A DNA stretch of 64,000 nt from Octopus sinensis (taxonomy: Eukaryota), in NCBI RefSeq assembly GCF_006345805.1, contig NC_043009.1, positions 11,842,001 through 11,906,000 of the forward strand, read 5' to 3'. The notes beneath the pieces are model-generated. The model was not told where the DNA came from. It saw only the letters and a program-made list of their open reading frames with translations, and ran no database searches. Both the position numbers and the translations under genes were made by a program. This document shows, piece by piece, positions 55,470-64,000 of this stretch (its first letter is position 1; each line of letters starts with the position of its first letter).

Positions 55470-55960
55470 TTTATTGAAAGAGTGTGCATTCCTTCTCGAT
55501 GAGCTGTCAATGAAAAGCTTTCATCTTCGATGATTGCTTCAGAATCATTGATCCTTATTCCTTTCGGACATCACCTGGACAGTAGAGATCTTCAGTAAAG
55601 CTATTGTTATTGTGAGGGTATCATTAGTCTCTTTTCCAGCGACGCTTCAAACGTTGAAGTCCATGGAATTTAGATTTGGCGATTATGGAGGCTTCGAGTA
55701 GTTGGTTACTCGGCTACAATTCTGAGGCCTATACAATCAATTCTGAAGACACTGCTTGACACAGACTCGATCACAGAAAGCCAAGAGTGATCGCATTACT
55801 GAGAAATTTTGTCAGAGACCTCTGATATACTGAAAGTGTTTGGTGTTAAAATGATCGTAAATATTGCCTGACATCCATTCTTGAGGTATGTGGGATTTGT
55901 GAGAAGGTGCTGGATTTTGTTGAAACATGTATAGACTTCCACAGCTTACTTCATCCATTC
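55470..55960 (-). pseudogene. Degenerate Tc1/mariner-superfamily transposase C-terminus (maT-like)
   Basis: PP*SPNLNSMDFNV*SV..ETN resembles the WPPxSPDLNPxD motif. Heavily decayed. Confidence 0.45.
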
Positions 55961-56984
55961 AGGGCTTGACAAATATATTTCTTTATTGCCCACAAGGGGC
56001 TAAACATAGAGAGGACAAACAAGGACAAACAAAGGGATTAAGTCGATTACATCGACCCCAGAGCGAAACTGGTACTTTTATTTATCGACCCCGAAAGGAT
56101 GAAAGGCAAAGTCGACCTCGGCGGAATTTGAACTCAGAACTTAACGACAGACGAAATACCGCTAAGCATTCCGCCCGGCGCCCTTACGTGTCTGCCAGCT
56201 CGCCAGCACCTCAACGTATCCAGCAGCATTAATTCTAAGACTCTGTGGAAAGCTGTGAGGTAGCCTGACATGATCTTCGTTACGTACTACTCCACAAAAC
56301 CTTACCAGTTGCTAGAAACTTACTGAGTATCATCCTTGGCGTAGTTAATAGGGGGAGCAAGGGCCTCAACTGCTCCCCTCGAGCACATTTTTCAAAATTA
56401 GCCCATTTTCTTCAGTTACCTACAACAGTAGTTGTAAGCTTCGTACGCAAAGACATTGTTACTGAATGACGAAATTAATGAATGTAGAATACAATTAAGT
56501 ATATTATAATTAATGAAATATTTCGCGTGATATAGCGGAAATGAGTTTAAAATTGTTTAGTATATGTCACGGTGCCTATTTTTTACGTGCTCTCTCTCAC
56601 TAACTTTAGAATCTTACTACACCTCTATACACCATTCTTATTTCATTATTCCCCACAAGAGGCTAAACATAGAGGGGACAAACAATGGGATTAAGTCGAT
56701 TATATCGACCCCAGTGCGTAACTGGTACTTATTTAATCCACCCCGAAAGGATGAAAGGCAAAGTCGACCTCGACGGAATTTGAACTCAGAACGTAACGAC
56801 AGACGAAATACCTATTTCTTTACTACCCACAAGGAGCTAAACACAGAGGGGACTAGTCTGTGTTTTCAAGGTGCCACGCAGTGGGACTGAACCCGGAACC
56901 ATGTAGTTCGTAAGCAAGTTACTTACCACACAGCCACTCCTATGCCTTATTATTTTTTTTCCCGTAATTTTGTCATAGGATAAA

Positions 56985-57300
56985 AAATGGCGCCTATAGT
57001 ATTTTTCAGGACCTCTGATACTTACTTTAAGGAAGGGAGAAAGTTATCTCAGTGACATTGAGCGACATATGCGGTGTATGCGAACCGCATAAAGCCGTCT
57101 CTATATACCTGGGTTTGCTGTAGTCGAAGGTTTGCTACATTTAAGGAAGTGGGTGGCCATTTTGTTTACCGCAAAGGGAGGACAAAACCCACGCTACACT
57201 TCTGAGTTATCATCGTAACTGAGATCTGGCCCGAATACTCGCATTACAGCGATCTCTGGTAAGGGTGGTAAAGGTACCTTTGGGACAGGTAGTAGAGGCG
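56985..57300. promoter_or_regulatory. CpG-retaining, promoter-like unique island
   Basis: Non-repetitive and CpG-richer than its flanks. It has AAAATGGCG (+, about 56985) and CAAAATGGC (-, about 57156-57164) YY1-like motifs, and a candidate splice donor on each strand. Confidence 0.3.
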
Positions 57301-58456
57301 ATGTTAAATTGAGCGACGAATTAACTCTACCACCCTAAGTATATCCACGTAATTTTGCTGTAAAAATACAACACATGGAATTATATCGCTGAAACAACTT
57401 TCTTTTTTTCTTTTTTTTTTCTGTGTTTTCTTACTTTTTTTTAGGTATTGTTTTCTTGATTGATATAGCTCCACCCTTAATTTTAAAATATAAACAACAT
57501 CGTTTATTCAGCCTTAGATTAGATCTAGAATAGTCCTCAACAGATGTATATTTAATTGAGTAATTTATAAATCGTAAATGAAGCCGTAACTGACCTTAGG
57601 GAGTTATTTGTAGACGAGACTCAACACTCTCGGGGAAGTGAGAAGGTAGTTTTACTTGATAAAAATTACAAGATAGATGAGAAAGTAAATAAAGATGGAA
57701 GTTATGTAAATTGTGGAAGTGCAATCGCGTAGCATAACAGTTAAAGCAGCAAGGCGTGAAGCAATCTTGTTTGGATTTCTATAAGTAGTTTACGCTGCTT
57801 TGTTAATGCTACTTAGCATAATTCTTCCTCTTTTATTTACTTTGCTTCTTTTTGTTTTCAGTGGTAGTGATGGGTTCCTTATTTTTCGAGGATAAAGGAA
57901 ATGAAAGTCCTACGGAAAATGTAGGATGCAAATTAAAGGTAGTCAAAAATCAAAAATCATCTAAAATCAAATATCCTATATTTTAACCTTTTTCCCGTCT
58001 TGTATACCTATTTCTTTATTGCCTACAAGGGGCCAAACATAGAAGGGACAAACAAAGACAGACAAAGGTATTAAGTCGATTACATCGACCCCAGTGCGTA
58101 ACTGGTACTTGATTTATCGACCCCGAAAGGATGAAAAGCAAAGTCGACCTCGGCGGAATTTGAACTCAGAACGTAACGACAAACGAAATACCTATTTCTT
58201 TACTACTCACAAGGGGCTAAACATAGAGAGTACAAACAAGGACAGACAAACGGATTAAGTCGATTATATCGACCCCAGTGCGTAACGGGTACTCTATTTA
58301 TCGACTCCGAAAGAATGAAAGCCAAAGTCGACCTCGGCGGAATTTTAACTCAGAACGTAACGGCAGACGAAATACCGTTAAGCATTTCGCCCGGCGTGCT
58401 AACGTTTCTGCCAGCTCGCCGCCTTGTGATAGTAAATACCATTGTGAGATCTAGAA

Positions 58457-58797
58457 CAGTGATTGTCAACCGTTTTTATTATATATGGACCCCTTTGATT
58501 ACTATTTTACTGTGATAGGCCCTCAACGCCACTTGAAGTTTTAACGACTAGTTTTATAGACACTTCTTTCAAAATTCCTATTTTTTTATTCCCACATTCA
58601 CTTGTATAGTTTGGACAATGTATTATAAAGTGTTAGAGAAGGAAACCTTGTTCATTCTTACTACATATACATCTAAAGCGAAACTTATTTCATGGACCCT
58701 TAAACTACTACTGTGGGTCCCCAATTTACTATTTTGCTTGCGTGGAACCCCATCCCCATTCTTATATGGACCCCACCAGATGTCATATGGACCACTG
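58457..58797. mobile_element. hAT (Charlie-like) MITE
   Basis: Ends CAGTGATTGTCAACC ... GGACCACTG; 8-bp TSD ATCTAGAA/ATCTAGAG fits the NTCTAGAN target typical of Charlie elements. Confidence 0.65.
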
Positions 58798-59538
58798 ATC
58801 TAGAGAGATAAAATGTAAAACAAGTGATGAAGGAAGGGGAGAAGCGAGATAAGGATAGAAAAAAATAAATAAAAATGAGGAAAACGCAAAAGAAAAAAAG
58901 AAAGAAAATTAGATAAGATAATAAGGCTATCATCAGTAAGAAGGAATGAAATTAGTTGAGACATGTCATAGATCAGTTTAAAAACAACAATATAGGCAAT
59001 GACTCATGCCGAGCTCAATAAGAAAAAGGAAAGAAAGAAACAATTTAGGCATTACTATAGTAGGTAAGTACCAGAGGACCTTTCGGCGGCCTACATATAC
59101 TACAAGCATCCTAGGGCGGAGACCACAAGACAGAAGTTGAAGTAAAAATGCAAAGACTTAGATAATGAGGAACAATAGAAGAATATTACACATCATTGCA
59201 TCAACCAGTCGCTGAATTTTTGAAACAGCTGTAAAGACCAATTTAGGAATATATTTTTGCTTTGCTTGTTATATTTAGTATTAAGTTTATATAACATATT
59301 TTGCAAAGGATATAAATGATATAATGCCATATATACGTGTTTGTCCCACTTTTATCCCTGCTCGGGCTACAGTTCTTATTGTCAACTTTTGTTCTGAGGA
59401 ATTATAGTTTGCCCTTATTGGGAAGTTGGATTTGGGGTGTTTTGAACCTTTCCGAGCCCTAATCCACTGTTCAGCTACTCTACGCTTATACTAGAGTATT
59501 TTCTTTCATTGGTGTGAAAGCATCTGAGTGTGTGTGTG

Positions 59539-59621
<83 letters not shown>

Positions 59622-60920
59622 CGTGTGAATGTGCATGTATTTATGTAATGCTCAACACGTTTAATTCTCATCAGAGATTGGATACCATTCGATTTAGGAC
59701 GAAGACAACTATACGTAATAGCTAAAATACTCATAACGACTGAGTTTGCTAAACCGATTCCTTCGTTTCGAATAAAATGTTTTCTATTGACACGAATTGA
59801 TTAAGCCATAACTCTGATGAGAATGAAGCAAGGTTTGATACTAATTAAATAGGACCATGCTTTTTCTGGTTGAAAGAGAATTTGTCTCCAATTGTTAAGA
59901 CAGAGCAAGGCCGCGGTGTATTGCTTAAAACGGTTTATCTTGTACAATACTAATTAAGCGGAAAAGTAGTACTCATTATTGTTAAGTATAATAGGATACT
60001 ATTATTATTATTTTTAGTAGTCTTATTAGGGTAGTGAACTGGTAGGATTGTTATGACAACCAATTCTAGAGCGGTAGTTGGGCATAATCGCGAGACCACT
60101 GGAGAAAATGCTGAGTCGTATTTGATTATTTCCCTCTGAGTTCAAAATCACTGAGGTCAACTGCGCCTTTCATTTCTACACCCTCTCTTCGATATTGGGA
60201 TCATTTTAATCGATTAATCACCTCACCTCTCAAATCTGTGGCCTTGTGCTTAAGCTAGAAACAAATATTACAAATTCTAACCATACATACATACATACAT
60301 ACATACATACATACATACATACATACATACATACGTAATACAATCATACATACATACATGCATACATACACACACATATACATACATACATACATACATA
60401 CATACCAACATACATACATATATACATACATACATACATATACTCTCTTTTACTCTTCTACTTGTTTCAATCAATTGACTGTGGCCATGCTGGAGCACCG
60501 CCTTTAGTCGAGCAAATCGACCCCAGGACTTATCCTTTGTAAGCCTAGTACTTTTTCTATCGGTCTCTCTTGCCGAACTGTTAAGTTATGGGGACGTAAA
60601 CACAAAAACAAACACACAAACACACACATATATATATACATATATATATATATACATACACATACATATATACGACGAGCTTCTTTCAGCTTCCGTCTAC
60701 CAAATCCACTCACAAGGCTTTGGTCGGCCCGAGGCTATAGTAGAAGACACTTGCCCAAGGTGCCACGCAGTGGGACTGAACCCGGAACCATGTGGTTGGT
60801 AAGCAAGCTACTTACCACACAGCCACTCCTACGCCTATATACATAACGTAAATTCAATCATACATACGTAAATATAATCATACACACACACACACACACG
60901 CACAAACATACATACATACA

Positions 60921-60953
<33 letters not shown>

Positions 60954-61266
60954 TATAGAGCGCCGAGGAATATTATGCTTGAGAAATCTTGCAAAGTACT
61001 CGCTGAAGGTAATGAAAACGAAATGCTTAGATATGTTAAACAAATATCTCCAATGAGACCTTATGTTTAATGCTAAGAGCTGTGTCTAGTGTATAAAAAT
61101 TCCTTGATGGATAAACATGTTTGTCAATTAATATAACACGGTCATTGGTCTTTATATAGAACTTGACATTCGGATCATGTCTGCTTTGGAATCCATCAAG
61201 TCCATCTAATAAAGAATTTCTTTTATTTGATTCCTATGACTTCGCATCTGTTTGGCTATTTGGTTA

Positions 61267-61870
<604 letters not shown>

Positions 61871-62061
61871 GTTTGTTTGCGTCTGTCTCCCTTGTGCGAG
61901 CGCGCACGCGCGATTGAACTCTGCGGGAGTTGTTAAGTGGAACATCGCTAATCCACTATATATGTCACATGCAGTCCTCCCTCCACTCAACAAATAGCCC
62001 CGTGGCAACATGCTATGTACATCTGTTGCTTCCAGAATATAGTAGTAGTAGTAGTAGTAGT

Positions 62062-62101
<40 letters not shown>

Positions 62102-62483
62102 TGTAGTAGTAGTAGTAATATAGTCATTGGCAATGCTTTCCGAGGCATAGGTTGGTGAATCGGTAAAGTGCCTGGGAGATTCGCAGTTTGGTTCGAAACC
62201 AAATGACCGCTACTCCGCTGCGCATGATATACTTGAAGCATTTTACACTCAAATTTCTTCTGACAATAATCACTTGAATAAAAAAAAAGAAAAGAAAAGA
62301 AAAGAAAATCCATGACAACATCTGTAAAAACGATGTAAACATTTGTAAAACGAAACAACGCCAAATGGAAACAGAAAGTGCCTCGTAGAGTTGACGCCCA
62401 GGCACTGGCCACCATATTACAGCAACATCCGCGATGAGTGACCTTGAAGGCATTTTGTTTCGTTATTTGTTTATATTGTATTA

Positions 62484-63048
62484 TTGGGTTGTCCGGAAAG
62501 TTCATGCCGATTTTTAAAGGAAAGAAAAAGGTCAATATATAAACTTGCCATTACACTTTTAATCAACCAAATGTGAACCATTTTGTTGCACATTGCGTCT
62601 CCGTCTTTCCTTTAACTTGAAAATACCCTCTTCCCAGAACTGAGGTGGTTTCATGGCAAAGAATTCATCAAGGTATCTTTTTAAGTCATCCAAGGAACTG
62701 AAATTTTTACCATTAAGACTATTCTGCAGAGACCTGAATAAGTGGAAATCCGAAGGAGCAATATCTGGTGAATATGGAGGGTGGGGTAACACACCCCAGC
62801 CGAGCTGCAGCAATTTTTGTCTGGTTCCCAAAGCATCAAGAGCCGAAAATGAACTTTCTTATCTTCCATTTTAAAGGGTTACAGAATTAACACAGGTTAT
62901 AGGAATCTAAACCTTCTACGAAAAGATAGCTTAAACTGTGCTCTAAATGGAGGTGTAGTCAAATCCTGTTTCAAGGACTCAACCATGTTCTAAAATAAGT
63001 CGAAATGTAAGCTACTATAAATCTGCACAAACTTTCCAGACAACCCAA
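62484..63048 (-). mobile_element. Internally deleted mariner element
   Basis: TIRs TTGGGTTGTCCGGAAAGTT / AACTTTCCAGACAACCCAA with TA TSDs. C-terminal transposase LPHPPYSPDIAPSDFHLF at 62559-62831. Confidence 0.88.
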
Positions 63049-63289
63049 TATAATTACGTGCCTTTGCATAGTTTCTACACTAGTTTCAAGCATTGGTACC
63101 AGGCCAGTAATTTTTTTAGAGGGAGTGGGTAAGTCGATTAAGTCGCATTTAGTACTCAATTGGTATTAATTTATCGATCTCAGCGATAAAGTAATACCAA
63201 TAAAAGTCGATCTCGGCGGAATACGAACTCAAACCAGTTTAAAGGATTTTATTTCAGATCCATCACGGCAGATAAAATACTAACGCAAG

Positions 63290-63900
63290 AAATGAATGGG
63301 TTACCATTTTGTTACCCAGAACACAGCAATTTAGATATTGTCAACTTTCTAAATGTTGCAAGATCTTTTGTGCACAAAGTTCGGATGGAATTGCAAGCCA
63401 CTGGCAGGAATGTTTCAACTGTATTAAAAAGAGAAAATTCATTCTAAAATTTCTGATAATATAAAGGACATTGCATCCAACGGGTTCAAAACATAATCGA
63501 GAATGATCCCAGAGAATCAATGAGAGCCACCTCTAAAGAACTTCAGGTGTCGTTGTTGACCATCAGAACTGTGGTGCGTGAAGACATTCCATATAATTCG
63601 TCTGTACTGAGCAGAGGTCAATTTATGTCTGCAAGGACAGAAAAACTGTTTGATCCGTGCTACATGGTTACTTGATAGGGTTTGAAATCCTCACGGACAT
63701 GGTATCCTTTGATTCTTCCCTGATGAGAAAAACTTCGAACAAGAGCAAAAGTGTAACAGAAGAAATGACGGATGGCTATGTGCAAATCCTGATATCTCCG
63801 GATTGATGCACACTAAATTTCTAGTAACTATTATAATTTTAGTGAGTAACGAAAGCCATGTAATTCCACCTCCCATCTTTTCACAGAGTTTTCCACAGAT
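63290..63900 (+). pseudogene. Degenerate Tc1/mariner-superfamily transposase (maT/DD37D-like)
   Basis: Fragments IENDPRESMRATSKELQVSLLTIRTVVRED and FFPDEKNFEQEQKCNRRNDGW..MHTKF, with stops and frameshifts. Confidence 0.55.
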
Positions 63901-64000
63901 ATTTCTTTATAAAAAATGTTTTTTTGTTTTATTTCGGAATGCATAAGCAAAAAGATTTGCTTTTGCTCCCACGCGTGATGCGCGAGGTTCTTTTGGCCCT

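Noticed and set aside
57015-57045. GATACTTAC resembling the U1 snRNA 5' end
   Set aside because: The similarity stops after 8 nt; there is no U1 body or Sm site.

Overview
AT-rich, microsatellite- and SINE-dense animal DNA. The repeat style and gene suggest a coleoid cephalopod, probably Octopus (inference, no database check). One confidently recognisable protein gene is present: the last four coding exons of the iron-sulfur DNA helicase DDX11/ChlR1 (+ strand, 4193-24486, splice phases all compatible, poly(A) signal about 24597). There is also an intron-containing tRNA-Leu(CAA) gene (- strand, 42127-42241). The rest is mostly mobile-element sequence: four or five tRNA-derived SINE families; mariner, Tc1 and maT-like remnants; an 8-bp-TSD MITE family (Merlin-like); hAT MITEs; and RTE, Tx1 and R4/Dong LINE fragments. 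The most notable observations are (i) a 2x209-bp near-perfect palindrome in a DDX11 intron carrying two opposed minimal hammerhead-ribozyme motifs, (ii) a tRNA-headed (A/B box) element with a hammerhead tail, arranged head-to-head with a deleted copy, (iii) an ORF1-only (HAL1-like) zinc-knuckle retroelement with TSD and poly(A) signal, (iv) a 35-nt inverted templated insertion between neighbouring SINEs, and (v) headless SINE tandem units with a recurrent junction. Several unannotated exon chains are possible but low confidence. Nearly all long ORFs in the supplied track are microsatellite artefacts. Repeat boundaries are approximate unless TIRs or TSDs are given.
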